DNA from: an uncultured delta proteobacterium
GTDB lineage: Bacteria > Desulfobacterota > Desulfuromonadia > Desulfuromonadales > JACZKF01
Assembly: GCA_963816395.1 (NCBI GenBank)
Contig: CAWFKQ010000007.1
Span: 64,001 to 128,000, forward strand
Direction: 5' to 3'
Length of the DNA: 64,000 nucleotides
This document shows positions 51,901 through 62,545 of the stretch, piece after piece. A program made the position numbers and the translations under genes. The notes beneath the pieces were generated by a model. The model was given only the letters and a program-made list of their open reading frames with translations. It searched no databases and was not told the DNA's origin. The number at the start of each line of letters is the position of its first letter. The stretch's first letter is position 1.

Positions 51901-52365
51901 TCAGGCCTGACTCCCGCGCTCTGGCTCGAATTCCATGACAAAGGCGTCTTCACCATCCGGGTAGTAACCCGGGCGCCGGGAAATGATGCGGAAACCGAGG
52001 CGCCGATAGAGGGCAAGGGCCGCTTCGTTGCTGACCCGCACCTCGAGAAACGCCTTCTCCAGTCCTGGCTGGCTGCCCTGGTCGAGTGCTCGGCCAAGCA
52101 GCATCCCGGCAATCCCGCGGCGGCGAAAGGCGGGAGCGGTAGCCAGATTGAGGATGTGCAATTCCCCCTGCAGGTACCAGGAGCAGAGATAACCACCCAG
52201 TTGACCGTCGATCCAATAGAGATCGACGGTGGCGAAAGGGCTGTGCAATTCCTGCAGGAAGAATTCGGCTGACCATGGATGGGAATAACATTGCCGCTCA
52301 ACGGCCAGCACCTGATCCAGGTCGGCCGGGGTCATCGGTCGGATGTCAATGACTGGCAGGGGCAT
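51901..52365 (-). CDS. rimI: Ribosomal protein S18 alanine N-acetyltransferase
   Basis: ELHILNLA, RRRGIA, FLEVRVSN..A..LY, R.GYY..GEDA. Confidence 0.9.
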   Translation of the reverse strand: MPLPVIDIRPMTPADLDQVLAVERQCYSHPWSAEFFLQELHSPFATVDLYWIDGQLGGYLCSWYLQGELHILNLATAPAFRRRGIAGMLLGRALDQGSQPGLEKAFLEVRVSNEAALALYRRLGFRIISRRPGYYPDGEDAFVMEFEPERGSQA

Positions 52366-52544
52366 GGCGCTGCTGATTAGTAGCTGCTCGAAGAAAAAAC
52401 GGCCTGGCGCCCGTTACGCCAGGAAAGTCGGCTCATGATATGTCACCCCCAAAAGTGTGTAAAGACATAATAACACGTCTGCCCCCGCGAAACCGAGGCC
52501 GCCGGCCTCCCCTGAAAAGCCGGCAGCGACGGGGGAGTTTGCCG

Positions 52545-52573
52545 TTGACAAGCCGCAGGTGCTGGTCTAATAA
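52545..52573 (+). promoter_or_regulatory. Sigma-70-type promoter of purM
   Basis: TTGACA-17 nt-TAATAA. Confidence 0.5.
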
Positions 52574-52605
52574 TTAGGCACTTTTTCCAACGGGGAGCGG
52601 GCAAG

Positions 52606-53652
52606 TTGAACAACGATAAGACCACCTACAAGGATGCCGGCGTCGACATCGATGCCGGCAATCGTTTTGTCCGGATGATCAGGCCTCTGGTCAAGGGCAC
52701 CTTCCGCCCGGAAGTGCTGACGGATATCGGCGGCTTCGGCGGCCTCTTCGCCCTGCAGTCGGGCAAATACCGCCAACCGACCCTGGTCGCCTCCACCGAC
52801 GGCGTCGGCACCAAGCTCAAGCTGGCTTTCCTCCTGGACCGGCACGATACGGTGGGGATCGACCTGGTGGCCATGTGCGTCAATGACATCGTCGTGCAGG
52901 GGGCCGAACCCCTTTTCTTTCTCGATTATTTCGCCACCGGCAAGCTGTCCCCGGAAAAGGCCGTGGAAGTCGTCCGCGGCATTGCCGAGGGATGCCGCCA
53001 GGCCGGCTGCGCCCTGATCGGCGGCGAAACCGCAGAAATGCCGGGATTCTACGGTGAGGGGGAATATGATCTGGCCGGCTTCACCGTCGGGGTCGTCGAT
53101 CAGGACCGGATCATTGACGGCTCCAGCATCACGGCTGGCGACCGGGTGATCGGGATTGCCTCCAGCGGCCTGCACTCCAATGGCTATTCCCTCGCCCGCA
53201 AGGTATTGTTCGAGCGGATGGGACTAGACCTCGATGCCGCTCTGCCCGAACTGGACCGGCCCCTGGGGGAGGTCCTGCTGACCCCGACCCGCATCTACGT
53301 CGGACCATTCTCAATCTCCTGCGCCGATTTCCGGATCAAGGGGATGGCCCACATCACCGGCGGCGGCATCCTGGAAAATGTCCCGCGGGTTCTGCCCCGT
53401 CAGTGCCGGGCGATAATCGAACGGAACAGCTGGCCCAAACCGCCGATTTTCGACCTCCTGCGGGAGGGCGGCGGTATTGAGGAGACAGAGATGTACCGCA
53501 CGTTCAACTACGGCATCGGCATGGTCCTGATCGTACCGGAGCAGGAAGCCGACGCTATCATGGAGCGCCTGGCCGGGCTGGGGGAACAGGCATTCCTGAT
53601 CGGCGAGATCGCCAGGTGCGAGGAAGGGCAGGAACAGGTGGAGCTGGTTTAA
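52606..53652 (+). CDS. purM: Phosphoribosylformylglycinamidine cyclo-ligase
   Basis: [48 protein letters not shown]. Confidence 0.97.
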   Translation: MNNDKTTYKDAGVDIDAGNRFVRMIRPLVKGTFRPEVLTDIGGFGGLFALQSGKYRQPTLVASTDGVGTKLKLAFLLDRHDTVGIDLVAMCVNDIVVQGAEPLFFLDYFATGKLSPEKAVEVVRGIAEGCRQAGCALIGGETAEMPGFYGEGEYDLAGFTVGVVDQDRIIDGSSITAGDRVIGIASSGLHSNGYSLARKVLFERMGLDLDAALPELDRPLGEVLLTPTRIYVGPFSISCADFRIKGMAHITGGGILENVPRVLPRQCRAIIERNSWPKPPIFDLLREGGGIEETEMYRTFNYGIGMVLIVPEQEADAIMERLAGLGEQAFLIGEIARCEEGQEQVELV

Positions 53653-53655
53653 ACC

Positions 53656-53693
53656 AGGTTCCAGGTTCAAGGTTCAAGATAGAAAGGCCAAGG
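53656..53693. repeat. Heptamer array
   Basis: AGGTTCC AGGTTCA AGGTTCA AGATAGA AAGGCCA between purM and purN. Confidence 0.6.
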
Positions 53694-53697
53694 TCGA

Positions 53698-54362
53698 ATG
53701 GGTGGAAAGCTGAAAATAGGCGTGCTGGTTTCCGGCGGCGGCACCAACCTGCAGGCGATCATCGATCGCTGCCGGGACGGCAGTATCAGTGCCGAAATCG
53801 CCCTGGTGGTGAGCAACAACCCCCAGGCGGGCGCCCTGGAACGCTGCCGCCGGGCGGAGATTCCTGCCCGGGTCATCGACCATCGGCAGTTCGCCGAGCC
53901 GGGAGAGCTTCGAAACGGCGGTAGTCGCCGCCCTGCAGGAAGCCGGGGTGGAACTGATCTGCCTGGCCGGCTTCATGCGCCTGCTCTCGGGGAACTTTCT
54001 GCAGGCTTTTCCCGGGCGCATCATGAATATCCATCCGGCCCTGCTGCCAGCATTTCCGGGTCTGCACGTCCAGCGCCAGGCACTTGAATACGGCGCCCGC
54101 TTTGCCGGCTGCACGGTGCATTTCGTCGATGCCGGCCTGGATACCGGGCCGATCATCATTCAGGCGGTTGTCCCGGTTCTCGATGATGATGACGAGCGAG
54201 ACCCTGGCGGACCGCATCCTGGCAGCAGGAACACCGGATTTATCCCCGCGCTATCCAGCTCTTCGCCGAAGGGCGGCTGCATATCGAAGGGCGCCGGGTC
54301 CGCATCGACCCGCCGCCGGTCTGCCCCGGTCGGCGCCCTGGTCAATCCGCCCGCTCGAGTAG
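53698..54362 (+). CDS. purN: Phosphoribosylglycinamide formyltransferase; frameshifted
   Basis: VSGGGTNLQA, LAGFMR, NIHPALLPAFPG, GCTVHFVD..LD.GPII. Confidence 0.95.
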
Positions 54363-54365
54363 CCC

Positions 54366-54832
54366 GTGGAACCCACTCCCCAGCGTCCGATCCTGGTCAG
54401 CGCCTGCCTGCTGGGCCTCCTTACCCGCTATGACGGCCGCAGCAAGCTCAGCGAAAAGGTCCTGGAGTACCTCCGCCGGGAGAATCTGCTGCCGGTCCCC
54501 GTCTGCCCGGAGCAGCTGGCCGGGTTGCCCACACCGCGGCCAGCTACCCATTTCGCTGTCCGGCGACGGGCAAGCAGTCCTGGACGGCACCGGCCTGATG
54601 CGGCAGGTCGACGGACGGGACCACAATGAACGAGGTTTTCCTCAAGGGGGCAATCGAGACGATGAAGGTGGCCCGCCTGGCCGGGTGCCGCGATGCCCTG
54701 CTGAAGGAGCGCAGCCCCTCCTGCGGGGTGCGCCAGATCTCCCGGGCAGGGGAAATCAACCCCGGCCAGGGTGTCACCGCCGCCCTGCTCGAACGAAACG
54801 GCATCCGCACCTTCAGCGAAGAAGACCTGTAG
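54366..54832 (+). CDS. DUF523 / 2-thiouracil desulfurase family; frameshifted
   Basis: ILVSACLLG...RYDG, VCPEQ..GLPTPR, LKERSPSCG. Confidence 0.88.
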
Positions 54833-54847
54833 CCAACCGGAAGAAAA

Positions 54848-56113
54848 GTGTCCCAGCGCCATTACCAGGTCATCATCATTGGCGACAGTCTCGCCGCCCG
54901 CCTCGCCGGCGTTTTGCTCGGCAGGCACGGGGTGCGGGTGCTTGCCTTTCAGAAGAACAGCCTTCCCACCGGTCCATGGTTTCCATCCTCTCTTCTTCTG
55001 GATCGAATCCTCGACAGCCTGGGCGGCCGCACCTGCTACACCGCCCCGATGCCGTTCCAGGTCATCGGCCGCCGATCCCGTGTCGAAATCAACGGCGCTT
55101 CCCCTCTCGAGGAAGAATTCCGCCGTGAATTCCCGGGGCAGCACCTGCGGCTGACGGAGGTCCTCCGCCGCTGGCGCTGATGGCCGACCGGCTGGAGAGC
55201 CTGTTCTGGCCGGACGGCATTCTGCCCCTCTACGGCGCCGGCAGCCGGTTGCAGTTTGCCTGGCGGCGCCTGCGCCGCGGGGTCTCGGGAGCCGCCGCAG
55301 AACGTCCGCTTACGGCCGAATTGGCCGAGTTCTCCGGGACCGCTGCCGGGGAGTTTCTCAGCACCCTCTTCGCCGCCCTGGCGCAGATGCCAGTCGAACG
55401 CCTGTCAGTGGCGGAAGGGGCGCTGCTATGGGCAGGGGCGGTTCGGGAGCGGGCCATTTCCCCGTCGGGTCTCGATGCGCTGCTGCGCCACCGCTATGAA
55501 CAGTTAAACGGCGAGAGCGAGGACCTCGGGACGGTGCAGAGCCTGACCGCCCAGGGCCGACGTCTGACCGGAGTGCTCCTGCAGAACGGCGACAGGTGCA
55601 GCGCCGACTATTTTCTCGTCGAGGGTGTCGCAGATTACCCGCATGCTGCCGAAGGAATTGCGGAAGGATCTGCCTGTACCCGTTTCCTCGCTGGTCGCCA
55701 CGGTTAGCTTCCCCGAATCGCGCTTTCCCCCACTCCTTGCTCCTCGCGTCCTGTTGGCGGGCGATCCCCCCCTGCGGCTGAGTTTCGTCAGCCGCGACGG
55801 GCAGGTGCATTGCGTCACCAAGACCTACCGGCAGGCCGGCCGGCCCGTCCCGGAGACAGCGGAGTTCCGGCAACGCCTGGCCGAACTTCTGCCTTTTGCC
55901 GAATTCGAAGTCCAGTTCCGGCAAGCAGGGGAGCCGCTGCCGCCGATCCCGCGCCGTCCCTGCTTTCCCGGAGCCGCCGGCACCCTGGGTCTAAGCGGGA
56001 ATACCCTGCTGTGCCACGGACCAGGCGTGCTGCCTTCCCTCGGCACTCTTGGCGAGGCGTTGGCGGGTTTCTCCTCGGCCAACCGCCTGCTGAAATCCCT
56101 GCGCTGCCGATAG
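54848..56113 (+). CDS. Hypothetical protein with degenerate FAD/NAD(P)-binding fold; frameshifted
   Basis: Three consecutive same-strand ORFs; the N-terminus YQVIIIGDSLAARLAG resembles a Rossmann beta-alpha-beta unit. Confidence 0.55.
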
Positions 56114-56200
56114 AAGAGTCAAGAAAACACAAAAGTAAGTTGCATTGCACTTCGAACCATGCTAAAGATATGTCGTTCGAAATTTCCAGGAGGTAATCCG

Positions 56201-56392
56201 ATGTCCAGAACATGTGAAATCTGCGGAAAAAAGCCCAGCACGGGCAATAACGTCAGCCATGCCCATAACAAAACCCGCAAGGTCTGGTACCCGAACCTGC
56301 AGAAGGTGAAAGCGGTCCATCAGGGTACGGTTCGCTCCATCAAGGTCTGTACCCGCTGCATCCGCGCCGGCGCCGTTAAAAAGGCGATCTAA
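56201..56392 (+). CDS. rpmB: 50S ribosomal protein L28
   Basis: [10 protein letters not shown]...[11 protein letters not shown]...PNLQ...CTRC; RBS AGGAGGT. Confidence 0.97.
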   Translation: MSRTCEICGKKPSTGNNVSHAHNKTRKVWYPNLQKVKAVHQGTVRSIKVCTRCIRAGAVKKAI

Positions 56393-56420
56393 AAAAGGGT
56401 GGGCATCAGCCCACCCTTTC
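56391..56420. terminator. Terminator between rpmB and the RidA gene
   Basis: AAAGGGTGGGC-ATCA-GCCCACCCTTT. Confidence 0.8.
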
Positions 56421-56450
56421 TCGTTTCGCTCCGTTCGCCTTCCTGCGAGG

Positions 56451-56833
56451 TTAACCGCAGAACCCAACCCATTCGATCTCGATTTTCGCCCCTTTCGGCA
56501 GGGCCGCCACCTGAACGGTCGATCTGGCCGGGGGGATTCCCGGGAAGTATCTTCCGTAAATTTCATTGACCACAGCGAAATCCTGAAGATCGGTGAGGAA
56601 AATAGTCGTTTTCACCACCTGTCCGACTTGCATACCCGCCCCCCCAGGGCGGCCACCATATTTGCCATGACCCTCTCGGCCTGCTCGGCGATGCCGCCGG
56701 CGACCATTTCCCCGGTAGCCGGCTCAAGAGGAATCTGCCCGGAAAAGAAGACAAACTCCCCCGCCCGTACTCCCTGCGAATAGGGGCCGATCGCCGCCGG
56801 CGCCTCCCGCGTCTCAATCCTTTCCAAAGCCAT
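56451..56833 (-). CDS. RidA/YjgF family enamine deaminase; frameshift in a G-run near 56640
   Basis: APAAIGPYSQ, SGQIPL, VKTTIFL, PARSTVQVAALPK. Confidence 0.92.
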
Positions 56834-56844
56834 AAAGTCTCCCC

Positions 56845-56922
56845 AGTAAGTAGTGAGATAGTGAGATAGGGAAATAGAAGAAGCTTTAACTACCTCACTA
56901 TCTCGCTACTTACTTCCTCACT
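56845..56922. repeat. Inverted pair of octamer arrays
   Basis: AGTAAGT AGTGAGAT AGTGAGAT AGGGAAAT ... ACCTCACT ATCTCGCT ACTTACT TCCTCACT. Confidence 0.8.
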
Positions 56923-56926
56923 GTTT

Positions 56927-59083
56927 TTAGTTCCGCATCCTCTCCACCTTATACACCCCTTTGACCTTCAGCAGGGCGTTGATGACCCGATTCAGATGAT
57001 CGAGATCCTGAACGTCGACTTCGAAGGTGTTCAGCCCCTTGTGGTCCGGAGTGGAAAGGACATTGGCGCTGATGATGTTTGCTTCGCTGTTGGTGATGGC
57101 GCCGGTGATGCCCGCCAGCATTCCTTTCTGATCGACGCAGAAAACGCGGATCTTGGCCGGACGGGAGGCTTTTTTCTTCATGTCCCACTCGACCTCGAGC
57201 CGCCGCTCCGGATCTCCCTCCAGGATGTGCGGGCAGTCGCTGGTATGCACGGTCACCCCCCGGCCGCGGGTAATGAAGCCGATGACCGGATCCCCCGGCA
57301 GAGGATTGCAGCACTTGGCGAAACGGACCAGGATATCTTCCACCCCCTGGATTTTGATGGCGTTGGAGGGCTTTTTACGGATCTTCTCCAGCACCCTGCC
57401 TATGGTGCCTGGCTTCGGTGGTTCGGCCTTGAGTTTCTCCGCCGGCACAATTCGTCCGACAACCTGCCCCAGGGAGACCTTGCCATAGCCGAGGGCCGCC
57501 ATCAGGTCGTCGTCGCTCCTGAAGCCCAGTTCCTCCACGACGAAGGCAAGATCCTCCGACCCGAGCACCCGGTTCAGGCTGAAGCCGTGCTTGCGCAATT
57601 CCTTCTCCAGCATTTCCCGACCCAGGACCAGGCTTTTTTCCCGTTGCTCGGCCTTGATCCACTGGCGAATTTTATTGCGCGCCTTGGAGGTACGGACGAA
57701 TTTCAGCCAATCCTTGCTTGGGGTCTGGTTGGCCGAGGTGATCACTTCGACGATATCGCCGTTGTGCAGTTCCGTCTTCAGCGGCACCAGTTTGCCGTTA
57801 ATCCTGGCGCCGGAACATCGCTGCCCGATATCCGTATGAATACCATAGGCAAAATCGATGGGCGTGGAACCCTTGGGCAACTCCTTCACATCCCCCTTGG
57901 GGGTAAAGACATAGACCTCTTCCGGGAACAGATCGACCTTCACCGAATCCATGAACTCCCGGGAGTCCTTGAGTTCCTGCTGCCATTCCAACAGTTGACG
58001 CAGCCATCCGAAACGTCTGTCGTCCCGGCCGTTGAGCCCGGAAGCGGCCTTTCCCTCCTTGTATTTCCAATGGGCGGCAATTCCCTCCTCAGCCACCCGA
58101 TGCATTTCCTCGGTGCGGATCTGCACTTCCATCCGCTCCCCGTAGGGGCCAATCACCGTCGTGTGCAGGGACTGGTACATATTCGCCTTCGGCATGGCGA
58201 TGTAATCTTTAAACCGCCCGGGTATCGGTTTCCAGGCCGAATGGATGATGCCGAGCACGGCGTAGCAGTCCCGCACGCTGTCGACAATGAGGCGAAAAGC
58301 GATCAGGTCGAAGACCTGGTCGAAATCGATCCCCTGCCGCTCCATTTTCAGATAGATGGAATACAGGTGCTTGGAGCGCCCGGAGATCTCCCCCTGGATA
58401 CCGTGCTCGTTGAGCTTTTCCTGAATCTGCTTCCTGACCTCCTCGATATATTTCTCCCGCTCCTTCTTCTTTTTCGCCACCTTCCCCACCATGTCGTAGA
58501 AAAGGTCGGGGTGAAGATAGCGGAAGGAAAGGTCCTCCAGTTCGCTTTTGATCCAGCTGATCCCCATCCGGTTGGCCAGCGGCGCATAAATATCCAGGGT
58601 TTCCTGGGCGATCTTACGCTGCCGCGCCTCCGGCTGGTAGCCAAGGGTCCGCATGTTGTGCAGGCGGTCGGCCAGCTTGACCAGGATCACCCGGATATCG
58701 CGGGCCATGGCCAGCAGCATCTTGCGGAAATTTTCCGCCTGGCGTTCCTCGCTGGTGCGAAAGATGATCTTGCCGATTTTGGTGACGCCGTCGACCAGGC
58801 TGGCCACTTCCTCTCCGAAAACAGACTGCAGCTCCTCGACCGTGGTCAGCGTATCTTCGAGGGTATCGTGCAACAGCCCGGTGACGATGGTCGGCACGTC
58901 CATGCGCAGTTGGACAAGAATGAAGGCGACCTCCATCGGATGGGTAAGATAGGGCTCACCGGAAAGACGCACCTGTCCCTGGTGTACCTTGGCGCTGAAG
59001 ACATAGGCCTTGCGCACGGCATCCAGGTCGGCTCCGGAGTTGTAAGAACGGATTTTTTCGAGGATGTTGTCGATGCGAACCAT
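56927..59083 (-). CDS. relA: Bifunctional (p)ppGpp synthetase/hydrolase (Rel/SpoT)
   Basis: LLHDTLED HD motif, KLADRLHNMRT, YQSLHT, EVQIRT, TGS and ACT domains. Confidence 0.97.
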   Translation of the reverse strand: MVRIDNILEKIRSYNSGADLDAVRKAYVFSAKVHQGQVRLSGEPYLTHPMEVAFILVQLRMDVPTIVTGLLHDTLEDTLTTVEELQSVFGEEVASLVDGVTKIGKIIFRTSEERQAENFRKMLLAMARDIRVILVKLADRLHNMRTLGYQPEARQRKIAQETLDIYAPLANRMGISWIKSELEDLSFRYLHPDLFYDMVGKVAKKKKEREKYIEEVRKQIQEKLNEHGIQGEISGRSKHLYSIYLKMERQGIDFDQVFDLIAFRLIVDSVRDCYAVLGIIHSAWKPIPGRFKDYIAMPKANMYQSLHTTVIGPYGERMEVQIRTEEMHRVAEEGIAAHWKYKEGKAASGLNGRDDRRFGWLRQLLEWQQELKDSREFMDSVKVDLFPEEVYVFTPKGDVKELPKGSTPIDFAYGIHTDIGQRCSGARINGKLVPLKTELHNGDIVEVITSANQTPSKDWLKFVRTSKARNKIRQWIKAEQREKSLVLGREMLEKELRKHGFSLNRVLGSEDLAFVVEELGFRSDDDLMAALGYGKVSLGQVVGRIVPAEKLKAEPPKPGTIGRVLEKIRKKPSNAIKIQGVEDILVRFAKCCNPLPGDPVIGFITRGRGVTVHTSDCPHILEGDPERRLEVEWDMKKKASRPAKIRVFCVDQKGMLAGITGAITNSEANIISANVLSTPDHKGLNTFEVDVQDLDHLNRVINALLKVKGVYKVERMRN

Positions 59084-59227
59084 AGCGACTCTAGCGGGCG
59101 AAGATCGTCCAGGAAGAGACCGGTCGGGTTAGAACCGGCATGCACATAGAGCCTGCTGAACGGTTGCAAACATGGGGGCGGGGGGCGGAGGCACGGCCGC
59201 CGGCGAGTCGCCGGCGGCTGGCGGAAA

Positions 59228-59434
59228 TTACCTTTTCCGAACTGGAATTTCGAAATCGACCCTTCCGGCCGCAATCTCACGCAGGCCCAGAACAATCTTT
59301 TTGTTTCCCGCCTTGTTTTCGATCAGCGGCTGAGACCCCTTGTAGAGCTGCTTGGCTCTTTTGGCAGCCACCATGACCAGCAGAAAGCGGTTGGGGATCA
59401 CCCGGAGACAATCTTCAACAGTGATGCGTGCCAT
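59228..59434 (-). CDS. rpoZ: RNA polymerase omega subunit
   Basis: [10 protein letters not shown]...NRF.LV..AAKRA. Confidence 0.97.
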   Translation of the reverse strand: MARITVEDCLRVIPNRFLLVMVAAKRAKQLYKGSQPLIENKAGNKKIVLGLREIAAGRVDFEIPVRKR

Positions 59435-59481
59435 TCCGAACTCCTGATAGGGTTAACGGCCCGGGAAAACCCGAGAGCCGG

Positions 59482-60177
59482 CTACAAATCGAATATTCTC
59501 GCCACAACCGGCAGAACGCGAGAGGTACGGCAACCCTCCGCCAGCACGATGGACTTCAACTCCTGCACCGCCAGGGCGAAATCGTCATTGATCACCAGGT
59601 AGTCATATTTGGCAGCCTGGCGGATTTCCTCCCGGGCATTGGCGGTGCGCCGAGCGATGATCTCCGGCGCATCGGTCTGCCGCCCTTCCAGTCGGCGGCG
59701 CAACTCCTCCAGGTTCGGCGGCAGAATGAAGATGAATACTCCGCAACGGCGCCTCTCCCGAAGCTGGTTTGCTCCCTGGCAGTCGATATCCAGCAGGACA
59801 TCCTGGCCCCGACGGCGGCAATCATTCAGGGTCTCCATGGAAGTGCCGTAAAGATTCCCGTGGACTTCCGCCCATTCGGCAAAGGCGCCTTGCCGGACCA
59901 TGCCCTCGAAGGTATCGCGGGAGATGAAATGGTAATCGATCCCGTCCTGCTCTCCCTCGCGCATCGGCCGCGTGGTAAAAGAAACAGATTGCCGCAAATT
60001 GGGAAAAATGTCAATGAGTTCCCGGCAAAGAGAGGTTTTTCCGGTCCCGGAAGGAGCCGAAAGAACGAATAGTATTCCCGCTCGCCCCACCCCCTCCCCA
60101 GCGGCGGGCGAACCCTCAGGCAACTCCTGCTGGCTCCGTTCCGGGCTACCCCCTGAGGATTGAGGCTCACTCGACAT
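59482..60177 (-). CDS. gmk: Guanylate kinase
   Basis: SAPSGTGKTS, TTRPMREGE.DG.DYHF, GNLYGT; start uncertain. Confidence 0.96.
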   Translation of the reverse strand: MSSEPQSSGGSPERSQQELPEGSPAAGEGVGRAGILFVLSAPSGTGKTSLCRELIDIFPNLRQSVSFTTRPMREGEQDGIDYHFISRDTFEGMVRQGAFAEWAEVHGNLYGTSMETLNDCRRRGQDVLLDIDCQGANQLRERRRCGVFIFILPPNLEELRRRLEGRQTDAPEIIARRTANAREEIRQAAKYDYLVINDDFALAVQELKSIVLAEGCRTSRVLPVVARIFDL

Positions 60178-61045
60178 TCTGCACCTGTTCGCGGACTTTT
60201 TCCAACTCGGCCTTGAGGGCGACCACCATGCGGGTCAGATCGGCATCATTCGATTTGGAGCCCATGGTGTTTGTTTCCCGGTTCAGTTCCTGGACCAGGA
60301 AATCCATTTGTCTGCCCACCGGCTCGGCAGCCGTCAACAGCAGTCGAAACTGCTGCAGATGACTGCGGAAACGGACGATCTCCTCGGTTATATCGCAACG
60401 GTCGGCAAAAATGGCAATCTCCTGGGCCACTCGCTGCGGGTCGAAGGCGACCTCCGGCGCCAGCCGCGCCAGCCGGTCACTCAGCTTACTTTGCCATTCC
60501 AGCGGCACCTGCGGTGCCCGCGATTCCACCTCGCCCAAGAGCTCAACAATGATCGCCAGACGGGACTCCACATCCTGACGGGTACTTTCCCCCTCCGCCA
60601 GCCGCATGTTCTCCGTCGCCTGCAGGGCCTTCTCCAGTGCGGCTTCCAGCAAGGGAAGAATATTTCCCTCGGCCGGCTCTTCCTCACGCAGGACGATGAC
60701 ATCCCGCTGCGATGCCAGCATGGAAAGTGGGATTTCGCCGCCTGGCGTCAAAAGTAGCTGCATTTCCTTGAAGAGATCGACGTAAGCCTCGGCCAGTGGT
60801 TTGTTCAATCGAGGCAGCAATCCAGCCGTACCTTCCACTTCCAGATTGACGAAAATATCGATCTTGCCGCGGCGCAGGCGCTCGCCGGCCTTTTTCTTGA
60901 TCTCCCCTTCGAGGGCCATCAGCACGCGCGGGAGCTTGGCCGTCATGTCGCTATAGCGATGATTAACCGACCGGATCTCGACGGTGAGAGAAAGCCCCGT
61001 TGCGGCTGCCTGTCCCTTGCCATAGCCGGTCATGCTTCTGATCAT
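60167..61045 (-). CDS. YicC/YloC family endoribonuclease
   Basis: MIRSMTGYG, SVNHRY, GRQMDFLVQELNRETNTMGSK, EKVREQVQNVE. Confidence 0.95.
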   Translation of the reverse strand: MIRSMTGYGKGQAAATGLSLTVEIRSVNHRYSDMTAKLPRVLMALEGEIKKKAGERLRRGKIDIFVNLEVEGTAGLLPRLNKPLAEAYVDLFKEMQLLLTPGGEIPLSMLASQRDVIVLREEEPAEGNILPLLEAALEKALQATENMRLAEGESTRQDVESRLAIIVELLGEVESRAPQVPLEWQSKLSDRLARLAPEVAFDPQRVAQEIAIFADRCDITEEIVRFRSHLQQFRLLLTAAEPVGRQMDFLVQELNRETNTMGSKSNDADLTRMVVALKAELEKVREQVQNVE

Positions 61046-61132
61046 GAGCAGATCCTTTTTAAGGGGGATGGCATTTCGGGGGGAGATTATGACAATAAAA
61101 CCATAGAGTCAAGAAAAGACAATCGAAAGGCT

Positions 61133-62545
61133 TCAGCAGCTGCCGCGCCCGGCGAGAACCACTCCGAGCGTCTTGAGGAGTATCTTCAGATCGAGCCAGA
61201 GATTCCACTCGTCGATGTATTTCAGATCAAGGCGGACGATCTCATCAAAATCGTTGATATTGCTGCGGCCGCTCACCTGCCACAGGCCGGTGATGCCCGG
61301 GCGGATACTGATCCGCCGGCGCTGCCAGTTCTGATATCGGCAGACCTCTTCGGCCGTCGGCGGCCGCGTCCCGACCAGGCTCATCTCCCCCCGGAGAACA
61401 TTCCAGAACTGGGGGAATTCATCCAGGCTGGTGCGCCGGAGAAACCGCCCCACCCGCGTCACCCGGGGATCATTGTGGATCTTGAAGATGGCGCCGTTCA
61501 TCTCATTGCAGGCCAGCAGTGCGCCCCGAAGCTCCTCGGCATCACGCTGCATGGTACGAAACTTCCAGCAGCGGAATGCCCGGCCCGCCTCCCCTATCCG
61601 CTCCTGACTGAAAAAGAGCGGCCCCCGCGAATCGAGCTTGATAGCGAGGGCAACCCATGGGAAAAGCACCGCGGTTACCGCTAATCCCACCAGGGACCCG
61701 GTGATGTCCAGCCCACGTTTGGCGAGGAGCTGCTGCGCATCCAGAGACTTGGTATGAAAGGTGAGGATTGGGATGTCCTGATGGAAGAAGCTGAGTTCCT
61801 TCTTTGACCGATCGATCTGGTAGAAATCAAGCACCATGCGCACGGTAATCCCAAGCTCTTCCAGGTCCCGCACGTAGGCTTCGGCATCGAAAAAGAGGTC
61901 CTTGGGCAGGCAGAAAACGACTTCATCGACGGTCTGCCGTTTGCAGATGTCCACCAGATCCCGCACATATCCCATTACCTGATGACCTTCCACAGCCAGC
62001 ACCATGGGCTGATCGTCCATCTGTACCAGCCCGAGAACCCGCAGCCCCCAATCGGCGTGCTCCTGCAACAGATGACTGAAGCGCAGGGCTCTTTCCCGGG
62101 TGCCGACAATTAAAATGTTGCGAAAATTAAACCCCCTTCGGCGCAGATGGCCGAGAGCCAGGCGAGCACTGCCTTTCTCCAGGGTGAGAAGCGAAAAGGA
62201 TAGCGTCAGGAAAATGAGAAACAGGCTGCGGCTGAACGCCAGCCGGTCAAAGAAGTAAAGCGCCGAGGCGGCAATCAGCGCACCCCACAGATGGACGTTA
62301 GCGAGGCGGGTGAAGAGGTCGAAAAGAGATAATTGCCGGATGGAGCCGTACAGGTGATGGCGCGCCAGCAGGTAAATCCATACCGGCAGCACGACCATGA
62401 GAATCCAGACATATTCTCGGAGCGGAAAAAGGGGTGGCGAGAAATTCCGTCGGACCGCGTAGGCCGATAAAAAAGCCGCCAGAATGACCAGGAGATCGAC
62501 TCCGATGCAGAGGCGTTTGAAAAGCTTTGCCTGCTCTTTAAGCAT
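61133..62545 (-). CDS. Priming sugar transferase (polyprenyl glycosylphosphotransferase)
   Basis: N-terminal TMs, KR.LDI, GPLFFSQER, KFRTM, DPRVT, SLDEFPQF.NVL.GEMSLVGTRP, PGITGLWQV. Confidence 0.95.
   Translation of the reverse strand: MLKEQAKLFKRLCIGVDLLVILAAFLSAYAVRRNFSPPLFPLREYVWILMVVLPVWIYLLARHHLYGSIRQLSLFDLFTRLANVHLWGALIAASALYFFDRLAFSRSLFLIFLTLSFSLLTLEKGSARLALGHLRRRGFNFRNILIVGTRERALRFSHLLQEHADWGLRVLGLVQMDDQPMVLAVEGHQVMGYVRDLVDICKRQTVDEVVFCLPKDLFFDAEAYVRDLEELGITVRMVLDFYQIDRSKKELSFFHQDIPILTFHTKSLDAQQLLAKRGLDITGSLVGLAVTAVLFPWVALAIKLDSRGPLFFSQERIGEAGRAFRCWKFRTMQRDAEELRGALLACNEMNGAIFKIHNDPRVTRVGRFLRRTSLDEFPQFWNVLRGEMSLVGTRPPTAEEVCRYQNWQRRRISIRPGITGLWQVSGRSNINDFDEIVRLDLKYIDEWNLWLDLKILLKTLGVVLAGRGSC

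Noticed and set aside
55170..55185. TGA between ORFs 54848..55180 and 55180..55707 as selenocysteine
   Set aside because: The downstream ORF is in a different frame, so a frameshift explains it; there is no Cys/Sec context or SECIS-like hairpin.
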